A DNA stretch of 64,000 nucleotides from Candidatus Bathyarchaeota archaeon (GTDB lineage Archaea > Thermoproteota > Bathyarchaeia > 40CM-2-53-6): positions 2,558-66,557 of the forward strand of contig CAWABQ010000018.1 in assembly GCA_963780265.1 (NCBI GenBank), read 5' to 3'. This document shows, piece by piece, positions 10,011 to 19,326 of this stretch (position 1 is the first letter of the stretch; every line of letters begins with the position of its first letter). The notes beneath the pieces were generated by a model, which saw nothing but the letters and a program-made list of their open reading frames with translations, was not told the DNA's origin and made no database searches. The position numbers and the translations under genes are program-made.

Positions 10011-10628
10011 TTGCAAAGGGTGGTGAATGAAAAATTGGTAACAATACTAGGTGCAGGTACGGTAGTTGGTCAACGTGCCCGTTGGGATGGCACAAGTTGG
10101 GTTCCAGTCACACAAGGTCTAGACCTAATCGCAGAATCCGTTGACCCAACCGCTGCAACAAGCCTCACACTTTCAGGGCTGAACGGTGATGCAGACATAC
10201 TCTACGAAGTGATGGGGCGAATCCTAAAGGATGCTTCGACCGGCCATGTTACTTTCCAACTTAACGCAGATGCGACAGCGGGCAATCACGCTTGGGCAAA
10301 CGTCATCAATTACTCAGGGACAATTACAGGCGGAGCCTCGGTGTCAGATACACAAATTTACTATGAGGACGGTACAAGCAACCAGCGACTAGTGGCTAGC
10401 GACCATTTAGATTTCTTTTTCCGATTGTTCGCAAAATCGGGCGTACAAAGACGACTTCTCGGTAGAGCAACTGCTAGAATCTCTAACGGCAGCCTACTTC
10501 TCGGATATGACTTCATAGGAGAATGGAAAAATACAAGCACCAATTTGACTTCAATCAAAATCATATCCGGCGCAGGCAACATCGGCGGCTTAGGCAGCTT
10601 CATTCGAGCCTACAGAATCCTCGACTGA
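10011..10628 (+). CDS. Hypothetical virion (fibre-like) protein
   Basis: 205-aa ORF co-oriented with the tail module. Confidence 0.45.
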   Translation: MQRVVNEKLVTILGAGTVVGQRARWDGTSWVPVTQGLDLIAESVDPTAATSLTLSGLNGDADILYEVMGRILKDASTGHVTFQLNADATAGNHAWANVINYSGTITGGASVSDTQIYYEDGTSNQRLVASDHLDFFFRLFAKSGVQRRLLGRATARISNGSLLLGYDFIGEWKNTSTNLTSIKIISGAGNIGGLGSFIRAYRILD

Positions 10629-10637
10629 TGATTCAGA

Positions 10638-11230
10638 ATGACGACCTACTTCGACAATGCATACTTTGACCCTGCTTACTTCACATCAACCGTCGGCATC
10701 TCCGTTCAAGGTATACCACTTCCACCGTGGAACTCATCCGTCGCATAGCCAGCCTCCTACTTGGCTTGCAACCCATACCAAGCCCAAGCGCCCAGTCCGT
10801 AACCTACTTCGGCAATATGTATTTTGACCCTGCCTACTTCGCAGCAGTCGCAGCCGTTCCTCATTCCATATCTCGGTACACCCGGCAGTTGGCCACGAAT
10901 GGTGATGCCTGGGAAATTGGAGGTCTCACCGACCACGTAACCCTGGAGAAGCTCTTCGCGCTCCCAGACAACGGTACCGTCTGGGTTACGGATTCTGACC
11001 GCGGCTGCTTCCATGCCATCCTCGAAGTTGAAGCAGCCTGGACCACGGAGGATGTCGTGGAGGTCGCGGCATTTGTTCCTTACTTCGGCAATGTGTATTT
11101 TGCCGCTACCTACTTCGCAACTGTCGGTATCGCTGCAAGTGATTCTGGGAGGAGACAGTACATGGTTCGGTTGAGTGTGACTGAGAATGTGTTTGACCCT
11201 TCAGTGTTCGACCCGTACGCTTACGAATAG
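10638..11230 (+). CDS. YF-repeat protein: ORFs 10638-10748 and 10727-11230, possibly one gene
   Basis: Three copies of the motif YF-x-N-x-YF-x-x-x-YF (TYFDNAYFDPAYF, TYFGNMYFDPAYF, PYFGNVYFAATYF). The first copy lies in a 36-aa ORF overlapping the second ORF by 22 nt in another frame. Confidence 0.45.
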
Positions 11231-11989
11231 GTGAAAGCTATGGTTCTCTTTGGTTCCACAACTCTACCGCACGTTCTGTCGATGCAGCGGCAGCAGCCGC
11301 GCATCAAGCAGGAAGTCCCGTTACCAGGTAGAAGTTTCGCTTACCGGAAAGACCGCGGCGGCATCGGCGCACAGTTCGTTCTCAAAGGCGCCATTCGTCC
11401 CAGCAGCCAGGCAACCAGGGACCTGATCGCAGGCCTGGCCGACGGGGCCGCTAGGATTCTGGACCTGCAGGAGGCCACGTTGACGCTCCTGGAGAGCTGC
11501 TTACGATATCAAACCGGGCCCACGTGGACAGATTACACGGCAGAATCCCAAAGCACCATCGGAACACCTTTCACTCTCCTGGGTGCCACGACGGACTACG
11601 GGTACTTTGGCCACCGGGAGAAATGCAATAACCTCATCTTCGCGTTCGCAGCGGTAGGTACCTATGTGATCCTCCTTTGGGAGTACAGCAAGGGATCCGG
11701 CGCTTGGGGGACTCTCACAGTGACGGATGGGACCAGTGGTCTGCACCAGAACGGTGCCGTCACCTTCGCCCCACCCAGCGACTGGAAGCAGGACACGGTC
11801 AACGGTATTGCGAACAAGTTTTGGATTCGAGTCTCGGCGGCCAGCGTTACAACGGCGGCAACCATCTACAACATTCAACTGAACAACGTCTTCCTCTGCA
11901 TCATGCTGAACCCTAGCTTCGACGAAACCGCTGACGACTACAACGAAATCCCTTATACACTCACACTGCTCCAACAGGAGAATCCGTGA
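11231..11989 (+). CDS. Hypothetical virion protein
   Basis: 252-aa ORF with a GTG start abutting the upstream stop. Confidence 0.5.
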   Translation: MKAMVLFGSTTLPHVLSMQRQQPRIKQEVPLPGRSFAYRKDRGGIGAQFVLKGAIRPSSQATRDLIAGLADGAARILDLQEATLTLLESCLRYQTGPTWTDYTAESQSTIGTPFTLLGATTDYGYFGHREKCNNLIFAFAAVGTYVILLWEYSKGSGAWGTLTVTDGTSGLHQNGAVTFAPPSDWKQDTVNGIANKFWIRVSAASVTTAATIYNIQLNNVFLCIMLNPSFDETADDYNEIPYTLTLLQQENP

Positions 11990-12291
11990 GTCGAATGCCT
12001 AAGATGGTGTGGGGACAAAGCCTCGAAGACGGTATTGTTCCTATCGAACTTGCAGATGACGACAAGGTTGCGGAGTGCGATTGTGTTGTCAGCAAAACCA
12101 AGAAGGGCTTGAGGATAACCAAACTCTGCGTCAATGCCACGCTTGCCTATTACACAACTCTTGCCATGTCTCTGAGTAAGAAATCGACGTCCGACTTCAC
12201 TGAGAAAGAAACAAAGGAATACCGAGAACAGTGGGACTGGATCAACGAGCGTGGGCGGCAAGTTATAGTTGGGTATTGTGAAGAAGCCTAG
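11986..12291 (+). CDS. Hypothetical phage protein
   Basis: 101 aa with a 4-nt overlap on the upstream gene. Confidence 0.45.
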   Translation: MSRMPKMVWGQSLEDGIVPIELADDDKVAECDCVVSKTKKGLRITKLCVNATLAYYTTLAMSLSKKSTSDFTEKETKEYREQWDWINERGRQVIVGYCEEA

Positions 12292-12487
12292 CGGGACGAT
12301 CACCCGGGACGACTACAACAACATGGTCGACTTCCTAGGCGGTCCCTCAGGCCTTACAACCCTGTTCGATGATGACCTTCACATGACTGTCGCCAGCAAG
12401 GGCCTAATCGTCATGACGCCGGACGGTACTAAGCGGTACCGCATCAGGGTCGACAATTCCGGCAACCTAGTAACTGAATTGGCCTAG
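12269..12487 (+). CDS. Hypothetical phage protein
   Basis: 72 aa. Last co-oriented ORF of the block. Confidence 0.4.
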   Translation: MGIVKKPSGTITRDDYNNMVDFLGGPSGLTTLFDDDLHMTVASKGLIVMTPDGTKRYRIRVDNSGNLVTELA

Positions 12488-12707
12488 GTTCTCTCTTTCG
12501 GCAGCTTTCTCAGCCTAGCGGTAGCCCTAGGTTTCCTTTTTGGCCGATCTAAGCTCTAATACGCGGTCGTGGAGCATTGCTGCTTTGCTGTATGTTGGGA
12601 GAAGGGTGCGCTCCTAGGCTGGATGTCTTCGTACGGGGAACTCGGAAAATGACTAAATTCAAGGACGCATACAAGCACCCATTTACGCTAGTTCAGGCTG
12701 AGTAACC

Positions 12708-13310
12708 GTGCCGGAGAACAGTGTCGAAGCTCGAGAAAGCCTTCCTGCTGGGGGTAATGCTGTACGGTACGTCGCGTACGCAGTTTTGGCGGTAGCGGTC
12801 ATGGCATTCGTTATCGTTTTTCTTGCCACGCCAGGCTTCTCACAAGCGTTAGGGATTAATGATGTTACAACGACCGTGACGCAAACAACCACGGTAGTAA
12901 CGACTATGTCTGTGGAGGCTACTCCGTCGGCTACAGTGTCCATAGAAACAACGCCCGCAACGACGCTTACCATATCGGTAACCCTTACGGATTCCACGGG
13001 AGAAATGGTAGATACGACGGTAACCACTGTAGCAGCTTTGCCTGTCACTGTCGAGACCACCGAGATAACGATAACTCCAGATACTACTACGACTGTGACT
13101 CCGACCGAGACTTCCACTACGACTGTGACTCCAACTACGAGTGCTACTACGACTGTGACTCCGACTGAGACTGCTTCTACTACTACTTTGACTTCAACCG
13201 AGACCTCGACTACGACTGTGACTCCAACTACGACTGCTTCTACTACGACTGCGACGGCGAGCGTGACCTTCGGCTCGTCACCGCAGAACGTACTGTTCAC
13301 AGTCTACTGA
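12708..13310 (+). CDS. Thr-rich membrane-anchored repeat protein
   Basis: 200 aa with an N-terminal TM segment (YVAYAVLAVAVMAFVIVFLATPGF), then TTTVTPTETS-type repeats. The mirror Val-rich antisense ORF is judged an artefact. Confidence 0.5.
   Translation: MPENSVEARESLPAGGNAVRYVAYAVLAVAVMAFVIVFLATPGFSQALGINDVTTTVTQTTTVVTTMSVEATPSATVSIETTPATTLTISVTLTDSTGEMVDTTVTTVAALPVTVETTEITITPDTTTTVTPTETSTTTVTPTTSATTTVTPTETASTTTLTSTETSTTTVTPTTTASTTTATASVTFGSSPQNVLFTVY
13086..13225 (+). repeat. Coding tandem repeat, 30-nt period
   Basis: The exact 17-mer ACTACGACTGTGACTCC occurs at 13086, 13116, 13146 and 13209. Confidence 0.85.
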
Positions 13311-13565
13311 TACTCTGGCAGTCAACGGCGCCAATTCACGGGTCAACTAAGGGATGCGGCGCGCCGTTAACATTTCTGGGGTCTGCTCCGAGCACGATGA
13401 CAACCCAGCGTAAGTTTCTCTACTCCCACTCTGTAGCTGCTTAGAGGCGAGCTAGGCAGTAGGCTGTTAACCCGTTGTGCGGGTGTCGTTTGAAAATGAC
13501 ATAGGTTTGAGGGTTTTTGCGGGTAGGTTTATCTTCCGTGTTTCCAGCACGTCTACTGATTTCGG

Positions 13566-14114
13566 TTGAGACTTCGTTCCCTAATTACAGTATGCATCTT
13601 CTTGGCGGCGTTGGCAGGTACCTTAAGTTCAAGTCCCCCCGCCTCAGCTAACAGCCTCCAGGGAACAACGAGCATCAGCTTCACCATTACAACCACAACG
13701 AATTATCCAGTCCAGACGGGTGGGGTGTTGCAGGTGAATTTCAACTCGGTTCAGGTTGACACTGTTCCGCCCCAAGCTTACTCGTTCGGGGTTCAAGCCA
13801 AAACCTTTCCAGGGCTTTGGATAACGAGGCTGCACTGGGAGTTCGGCGACGGGGCCTTCTTGGATGTTCCTTACTGCTGCCAAAGCACAGTCAGCGAGGT
13901 ACAAGACCACGCCTACTCTCAACCCGGCTCATACACAGTGGTCGTCGTAGCATACGACAATGCTGGCAACTTCGGCGACGTTTTCGTCACCGTGAATTGG
14001 GTAACTCCCATCCCAGAATACCCGAACTACGGCACGCCACTCTTCATCGCCCTTTTCACAGTCCTAACCGCGGCCGCCTTCGCCAAGCGCCGAGTAACGT
14101 CCCGCTCTCGTTAA
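13566..14114 (+). CDS. Secreted PKD-domain protein with a PEF-CTERM-like C-terminal anchor
   Basis: Signal peptide present. PKD-like WEFGDGAFLD...HAYSQPGSYTVVVVAYDNAGN. The C-terminus reads IPEYPNYGTPLFIALFTVLTAAAFAKRR. Confidence 0.7.
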   Translation: MRLRSLITVCIFLAALAGTLSSSPPASANSLQGTTSISFTITTTTNYPVQTGGVLQVNFNSVQVDTVPPQAYSFGVQAKTFPGLWITRLHWEFGDGAFLDVPYCCQSTVSEVQDHAYSQPGSYTVVVVAYDNAGNFGDVFVTVNWVTPIPEYPNYGTPLFIALFTVLTAAAFAKRRVTSRSR

Positions 14115-14245
14115 TCCACAAGAATCCTCGAACGCCACCAAATGTTGGCGTGCGATGGCACTGTTTGGCACCACCCCATGATGGGTGGACCACCCTAGTC
14201 TATGCCACTAGAACACAACAGAATCCCTTGTTCGGTTTAAAAAGG

Positions 14246-14257
14246 GCTTATATATTG
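14246..14257 (+). promoter_or_regulatory. Candidate TATA box for tbp
   Basis: The AT-rich gcttatatattg lies about 40-50 nt upstream of the GTG start. Position-based only. Confidence 0.3.
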
Positions 14258-14295
14258 AGGGGAGTTACGAGTGCCCAATTCCCCCCGTATATAAG

Positions 14296-14898
14296 GTGGC
14301 TAATCTGCCGGTAAAGAAGGCTTTCATCAACATCGAAAACGTCGTTGCCTCAGCGACCCTTCACCAGAATATCGACCTAAATTCAATCGTTCGCGTTTTC
14401 CCCGGCGTCGAATACCGCCCCGAACAATTCCCAGGCCTCGTGTACCGCCTTAAGAAACCGAAAACGGCGACACTAATCTTCAGTTCAGGGAAGATGGTTT
14501 GCACGGGTGCGAAGTCTGAGCGGCAAGCTCGGAAGGCTGTCATGAAAGTTGTTGATGAACTGAAGAGGAATGGCATCGTCATACTCGGTAAACCGGAAAT
14601 TCAAATCCAAAACATTGTTGCGTCAGCCGGCCTCGGCGGAGCCATCGACCTAGAAAAGTCCACGTATTCGCTTAAACGGACAATGTATGAGCCCGAGCAG
14701 TTTCCTGGCCTAATCTACAGGATGGACGATCCGAAAGTTGTCATACTCCTATTCGCCAGCGGAAAACTTGTCTGCACTGGAGCGAAGAAAGAGACTGAAG
14801 TTCACAGAGCCGTTGCGAAACTTCAAGGAACCCTTGAGGAAAAAGTTCTCATAGCATACGAAGCAGCCCCGGCCCCGGCTGCGACGCCAAGCCCGTAG
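14296..14898 (+). CDS. tbp: TATA-box binding protein
   Basis: Two TBP repeats (NIVASATL...EQFPGLVYRL...SGKMVCTGAKS and NIVASAGL...EQFPGLIYRM...SGKLVCTGAKK). Confidence 0.95.
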   Translation: MANLPVKKAFINIENVVASATLHQNIDLNSIVRVFPGVEYRPEQFPGLVYRLKKPKTATLIFSSGKMVCTGAKSERQARKAVMKVVDELKRNGIVILGKPEIQIQNIVASAGLGGAIDLEKSTYSLKRTMYEPEQFPGLIYRMDDPKVVILLFASGKLVCTGAKKETEVHRAVAKLQGTLEEKVLIAYEAAPAPAATPSP

Positions 14899-14947
14899 GC
14901 GAAAGCGAAAAATAAGCAAGGTCCGCCCTAGCTTCTCCTGGTTAGCA

Positions 14948-15211
14948 ATGGTCGAGAAGCGAAAGATCGGGGCTTACGTTCTGATTAAGATCGCCCCAGG
15001 CAAGTCTAGAATCATCACCGAGCAGATATCCAAGATTGAGGGCGTTAAGACGGCGCACCCTGTTACCGGGATGTTCGATATCATCGCGTACATTGAAGCT
15101 GTTGACATTAACAACCTCACTGGAACCGTGAGGGCAAGAATACAGACATTAGAAGGCGTGCTGCGAACTCACACTGCGATAGTAGGCGAACTCGTCACTA
15201 CAGGTGACTGA
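14948..15211 (+). CDS. Stand-alone Lrp/AsnC-type ligand-binding (RAM) domain protein
   Basis: 87 aa. The pattern AYVLIKIAPGK...IEGVKTAHPVTGMFDIIAYIEA fits. Confidence 0.7.
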   Translation: MVEKRKIGAYVLIKIAPGKSRIITEQISKIEGVKTAHPVTGMFDIIAYIEAVDINNLTGTVRARIQTLEGVLRTHTAIVGELVTTGD

Positions 15212-15261
15212 GGGCCGAAACACGCTTAGATGTTCGAAGAAGGTATCCGCGAGGATATGCT

Positions 15262-15807
15262 CTACCTGCGTTTCCCGGTAGCAGATTTCGATTCGTTGTA
15301 TTCAACAGCAATGATTAACACAACCAGCAGAATTATGAGAGTAACACCTAGGGGCCCGCGTAGTTCTAGGCTTATCAGCCCAACGTAAGGGATCTTCACA
15401 ACGTATACTCCGATGAGATTCTCAGCGGGTACCTTCCAGCCATCCTGAATCTCATTATGGTCGCCCTTCGTCTGAAAGAAAAGCGAGCCTCCATCGTTGA
15501 CCACGGCAACAACACGATGCACTATCGGCATATCATATTCGTACGGGCTGTGGAAGATGATTATCGTCCCCACGCTGATGGCCTGTGGGTCTACGCCACG
15601 AACAATAATGATATCTCCAACGTTTAGGACGGGCACCATGCTTCCCGACGAGACAACCATCAACGGGGAATCTGTATGAAGCGCCAAACGCATAACCTCA
15701 ACCCCACCATACGTTGCCGCGAACAGTATGATAATGAGTATCAGGACGCGCACCATAGGATTCTTGAAAGCCCGGACGGCCTTCGAGACAGAGCTGTTCT
15801 TAGACAA
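15262..15807 (-). CDS. Signal peptidase I (archaeal S26B/Sec11-type)
   Basis: SGSMVPVLNVGDIIIVRG, PIVHRVV and TKGDHN motifs with TM segments at both ends. Confidence 0.85.
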   Translation of the reverse strand: MSKNSSVSKAVRAFKNPMVRVLILIIILFAATYGGVEVMRLALHTDSPLMVVSSGSMVPVLNVGDIIIVRGVDPQAISVGTIIIFHSPYEYDMPIVHRVVAVVNDGGSLFFQTKGDHNEIQDGWKVPAENLIGVYVVKIPYVGLISLELRGPLGVTLIILLVVLIIAVEYNESKSATGKRR

Positions 15808-15872
15808 GTTTAGGTCGGAGCCTCGAAATCACTCATCATTGATATTGCTTTCGAATTCGCCACGAGACCGAT

Positions 15873-16217
15873 TCAGGGTTTTGATGGCAACGGCTGCCCT
15901 TGCATGAGTCGAGCAAGTTCGAGCGTGGCACGTTCCCCTGCTTCCAAAAAGGTGATTCCGCCTTCAGTGATTTTGTAGATTCTGCGGCCGCGGCCCTTCT
16001 CAGATTCCCATTCCCCTTGAATGTAACCATCCTCTTCAAGTGAATGCAGCAACGGATACAATGTTCCGGCGCTCAAGTACACCCGATACTTGTCCCGGAT
16101 TGCAATGTTCACTTCGTAACCCCATTGAGGCTTCGCGCGGAGGAGCCTAAGGATTATTAAGTCAAGGTTGTTTTTCACAACCCGCTCACGCCAATCCTTC
16201 TCCATGTTCCTTATCAA
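15873..16217 (-). CDS. PadR-family transcriptional regulator
   Basis: WGYEVNIAIRD...SAGTLYPLLHSLEEDGYIQGEWE...RRIYKITEGG. Confidence 0.85.
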   Translation of the reverse strand: MIRNMEKDWRERVVKNNLDLIILRLLRAKPQWGYEVNIAIRDKYRVYLSAGTLYPLLHSLEEDGYIQGEWESEKGRGRRIYKITEGGITFLEAGERATLELARLMQGQPLPSKP

Positions 16218-16346
16218 ACGCTAAGCCTCAATGACTCACACGCATGCAGGCGCTTATGGGATGCACCTACTGCGTTCATGCCCCGAATTATAAGTTCCCC
16301 TCGGTATTTGGCCGTAGACCAAATGGTCAACAGAGGATACTCGAAA

Positions 16347-16574
16347 TTATTCGATTATTGTGACTTGGCTTCCTTGGCCGAGGCCAAGTGGTTGCTCTTC
16401 GAATTTAACCACGAGAAAATCAGTCTCGACCCCAATGACTTTTCCCTTGAAATCCTTGGCCTTCGAGAATTGGAAACTTGCATCATGGCCGACGAAACGG
16501 TCCAAGTCGGTTTCGGAAACTGTTATCCATGCCTTGTTCTCTGCGTCGTCGAATGTGATAACCACGCCTATCAA
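16347..16574 (-). CDS. Hypothetical small protein
   Basis: 75 aa with balanced composition. A competing plus-strand ORF (16278-16589) looks less protein-like. Confidence 0.35.
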   Translation of the reverse strand: MIGVVITFDDAENKAWITVSETDLDRFVGHDASFQFSKAKDFKGKVIGVETDFLVVKFEEQPLGLGQGSQVTIIE

Positions 16575-16791
16575 TCTAGCCGACCCTAGTACGTTACGTA
16601 ACTGCGCTAAGTCTTGAAGTTTTCCAACTGCTTCCAGGAGCGACGATGGTGTGGGAAAAAAAGATGCCTAGCATATGTTATACACACCTAGCGGGTGAGA
16701 ATAGTGCGGTCGCACCTACAACGGCTTACTTCATGCCTTGTCTAGGCGGTTCCCTAAGAAAGTGTGGAAAGAACGATGATAAGCCTACTCG

Positions 16792-17235
16792 TCACCTTTG
16801 CTGATTTCTTCGAGTCTGGCGTTTCTCGTCTTCGGTTTCGGGTTTCAGCGGAGGCACAGGGATGGGTCTGTGTTGCCTGTCGAGGGCAACATACGTAAGG
16901 AAGCACGTGCCCGTGTGCCGAACTTCCCCGGTCAGAGGATTCTCAGCTTCGACGCGGACGCCAATTTCCATTGAAGTCCTATGAACGTAATTGATCGAAG
17001 CGATTAGTCGAAGCATGTCGCCGATATAGACCGGGGAATAGAAGTCCATGCGGTCTATTGATGCGGTCACCACGTTGCTGCGCGCATGCTTGAAGGCTAC
17101 AATTGAGGCAGCTTCATCTATCATTCTGAGTATGCTGCCCCCGAACACGTTCCCTGCCACGTTCGCATCCATGGGCATCATGATTCTGACCATGGTGGTC
17201 GACGATACACTGGGTGTCTTAGCAAGCTGAGCCAT
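16792..17235 (-). CDS. Acyl-CoA thioesterase (hotdog fold)
   Basis: MPMDANVAGNVFGGSILRMIDEAASIVAFKHA...VVTASIDRMDF pattern. Confidence 0.85.
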   Translation of the reverse strand: MAQLAKTPSVSSTTMVRIMMPMDANVAGNVFGGSILRMIDEAASIVAFKHARSNVVTASIDRMDFYSPVYIGDMLRLIASINYVHRTSMEIGVRVEAENPLTGEVRHTGTCFLTYVALDRQHRPIPVPPLKPETEDEKRQTRRNQQR

Positions 17236-17478
17236 AATTACTTACCAACCGGTGAGGGTTGCCCTCTACTGGAATAACGATTTCTCCCAGAAACCTTCAC
17301 GGTCGCTACATGCGTCGGGCCTAATCGTTGACATGTTCACCTAGTGTAGATCAGTGCGCTTTGCACAGGGATTAACCCAAGAATTGGTCGCTTGGTACCC
17401 ACACCTTTCACCTTCGTTTTGGTTTGGAAAGCATTAATATAGATAAGCGCGAAGGCCCGCGATAGTTCACCTAGTACG

Positions 17479-19155
17479 GTGGTTAATATGGAAACTATTC
17501 AGGTAGAAAGGGCTGAGACTAAGCTAATCAGGGAAACCAGAAGCATCTGCCCTGATTGCAATAGGATTCTTGCCGCAAACGTCTTCGAACGTGAAGGCAA
17601 AATTTGGTTAGGCAAAACTTGCCCAGAACATGGGGAAATTGAGGAACTCTACTTCGGTTCCGCCGACATGTACTACAAGTTCGCCAAGTACTCCCACAAC
17701 GGGAAGGGTATCGAGAACCCGAACGTTCCTCTAGAGAAGTGTGCTTGCCCAACCAACTGTGGCCTTTGTACAAGTCACCTTAGCCACTCAGGACTAACTA
17801 ACTTGGTCGTCACGAACCGCTGTGACCTAACCTGTTGGTATTGTTTCTTCTACGCTAAGAAAGGGGTTGAGGGCGCCTACGTGTACGAACCCACACAAGA
17901 GAAGATTCGCGAGATGGTTCAACTCCTTCGCGCTGAAAGGCCTGTACCAGGCAATGCTATCCAGATCACAGGCGGAGAACCCACCCTACGAGAAGATCTA
18001 CCCGAGATTGTTCGAATATGCAGGGAGGAAGGCGTTGAACACATCCAGCTGAACAGCAACGCAATCAATATGGCACTAGATCAGGATTGCGCAAGGCGGG
18101 TCAGACAAGCAGGTGTTAACACAGTTTACATGAGCTTCGACGGTGTTACGCCGAGAACGAACCCGAAGAACCATTGGGAAGCACCAATTGCAATTGAAAA
18201 TTGCAGAAAAGCAGGACTCGGAGTCGTCCTCGTGCCAACGGTCATCAAGAGCATCAATGACCACGAATTAGGCGGGCTCATCAGATTTGGCCAAAGGAAC
18301 ATGGACGTAATTCACGCCGTTAACTTCCAACCAGTCTCGCTGACCGGGCGATTATCAAAGTCCGAGCGGGAAAAGTACCGAATAACAATCCCCGACTGCA
18401 TCCAACGCATCGAAGAGCAGACGAACGGAGAAGTAAGGAGTGAAGACTGGTTCCCAGTCCCAAGCTGCGTTCCAATAACACACTTCGTGGAAGCCCTAAC
18501 GAAACGCCCACGATACGAGCTTTCAATCCACTTCGCATGTGGAGCCGGCACATACGTCTTCAAGGACGGCGACAAACTTGTGCCACTCGCTACCTTCGTT
18601 GACCTCGAAGGTCTCCTCGAATACTTGGAGGAAAAGGCTGATGAGCTAAGGGCCGGGCAGAACAAGTACCTGGTCGTAGCGAAAGTTCTTGCCAAGATGG
18701 GGACCTTTATCGACAGAAGCAAACAGCCAAAAGGCCTAGCACTCAGCAAACTCCTGTTCAACGCACTCGTAAAGAACGACTACAGCTCACTCGGAGCGTT
18801 CCATCACAAGTCGATGTTCTTGGGCATGATGCACTTCATGGACAAGTACAACCATGACGAAGAACGCCTACGAAGGTGCGACATCCACTACCTAAGCCCA
18901 GACATGAGAATCATCCCATTCTGCGCATTCAATGTGATTCCAGAATGGTACAGGGACGCAATCCAACCCAAGTACGGAATCCCCATCGAACAATGGGAGA
19001 AAGAGCACAAAACAACCCTTGAGCAAGGATTGTACAAGGGTACACTCAGAAAAGGTAAAGGACACTCTGCTGGGTGCGGATGCCCACTAGGCGCTCTTAA
19101 CACACCAAGTTCAGAACTACTCTCAATCGAGAACGGCATGATCCAAGGCAAGTAG
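17479..19155 (+). CDS. Radical SAM enzyme with an N-terminal Cys-rich metal site. Tentatively tetraether lipid synthase (Tes / GDGT-MAS) family.
   Basis: CPDC...CPEH, CPTNCGLC and the radical SAM CDLTCWYC motif. 558 aa. Adjacent to a geranylgeranyl reductase. The family assignment is from memory, not searched. Confidence 0.6.
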   Translation: MVNMETIQVERAETKLIRETRSICPDCNRILAANVFEREGKIWLGKTCPEHGEIEELYFGSADMYYKFAKYSHNGKGIENPNVPLEKCACPTNCGLCTSHLSHSGLTNLVVTNRCDLTCWYCFFYAKKGVEGAYVYEPTQEKIREMVQLLRAERPVPGNAIQITGGEPTLREDLPEIVRICREEGVEHIQLNSNAINMALDQDCARRVRQAGVNTVYMSFDGVTPRTNPKNHWEAPIAIENCRKAGLGVVLVPTVIKSINDHELGGLIRFGQRNMDVIHAVNFQPVSLTGRLSKSEREKYRITIPDCIQRIEEQTNGEVRSEDWFPVPSCVPITHFVEALTKRPRYELSIHFACGAGTYVFKDGDKLVPLATFVDLEGLLEYLEEKADELRAGQNKYLVVAKVLAKMGTFIDRSKQPKGLALSKLLFNALVKNDYSSLGAFHHKSMFLGMMHFMDKYNHDEERLRRCDIHYLSPDMRIIPFCAFNVIPEWYRDAIQPKYGIPIEQWEKEHKTTLEQGLYKGTLRKGKGHSAGCGCPLGALNTPSSELLSIENGMIQGK

Positions 19156-19326
19156 GCAAGCCGTAACGGCTTCACCCCTACGCCTCCTTTTCCTTTCTTT
19201 CGAACCCAATTCCCGTCTACTGCACTCTCTCTTCCGGATTTGCTTGAAGAAAATCGGATCAACCGCGAACCTGAACGTTTTTGTGCTGAACCAGTTGTTA
19301 GTGCGTATCGATGAGGCGGGCCTAGC

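Larger units (their letters stand above)
1..12487 (+). mobile_element. Partial head-tail (Caudoviricetes-like) provirus, tail module. The left end lies outside the window and the right end is approximate.
   Basis: Co-directional, tightly packed plus-strand genes with TAGATG-type stop/start overlaps. Order is gp10-like, major tail, chaperone with slippery site, tape measure, large tail tip protein. No att site was identified in the window. Confidence 0.7.

Noticed and set aside
10638-11230. YF-motif repeats as template/variable repeats of a diversity-generating retroelement
   Set aside because: The window holds no reverse transcriptase, and the DNA copies do not show adenine-specific differences. 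They look like ordinary intragenic repeats.
13086-13225. Regularly spaced direct repeats as a possible CRISPR array (also 52290-52500)
   Set aside because: Both repeat sets lie inside ORFs and encode peptide repeats (TTTVTPT and SYGYP). Periods are 30 and about 15 nt with no unique spacers, and no cas genes are present.
12683-13300. 205-aa Val-rich minus-strand ORF
   Set aside because: It is the mirror image of the Thr-rich repeat gene (ACN codons read as NGT antisense). The plus-strand version has a proper N-terminal TM segment, so it is preferred.
13817-14314. 165-aa plus-strand ORF overlapping the PKD protein gene in another frame
   Set aside because: Arg/Pro/Leu-rich with no motifs. The PKD-domain frame is clearly the real one.
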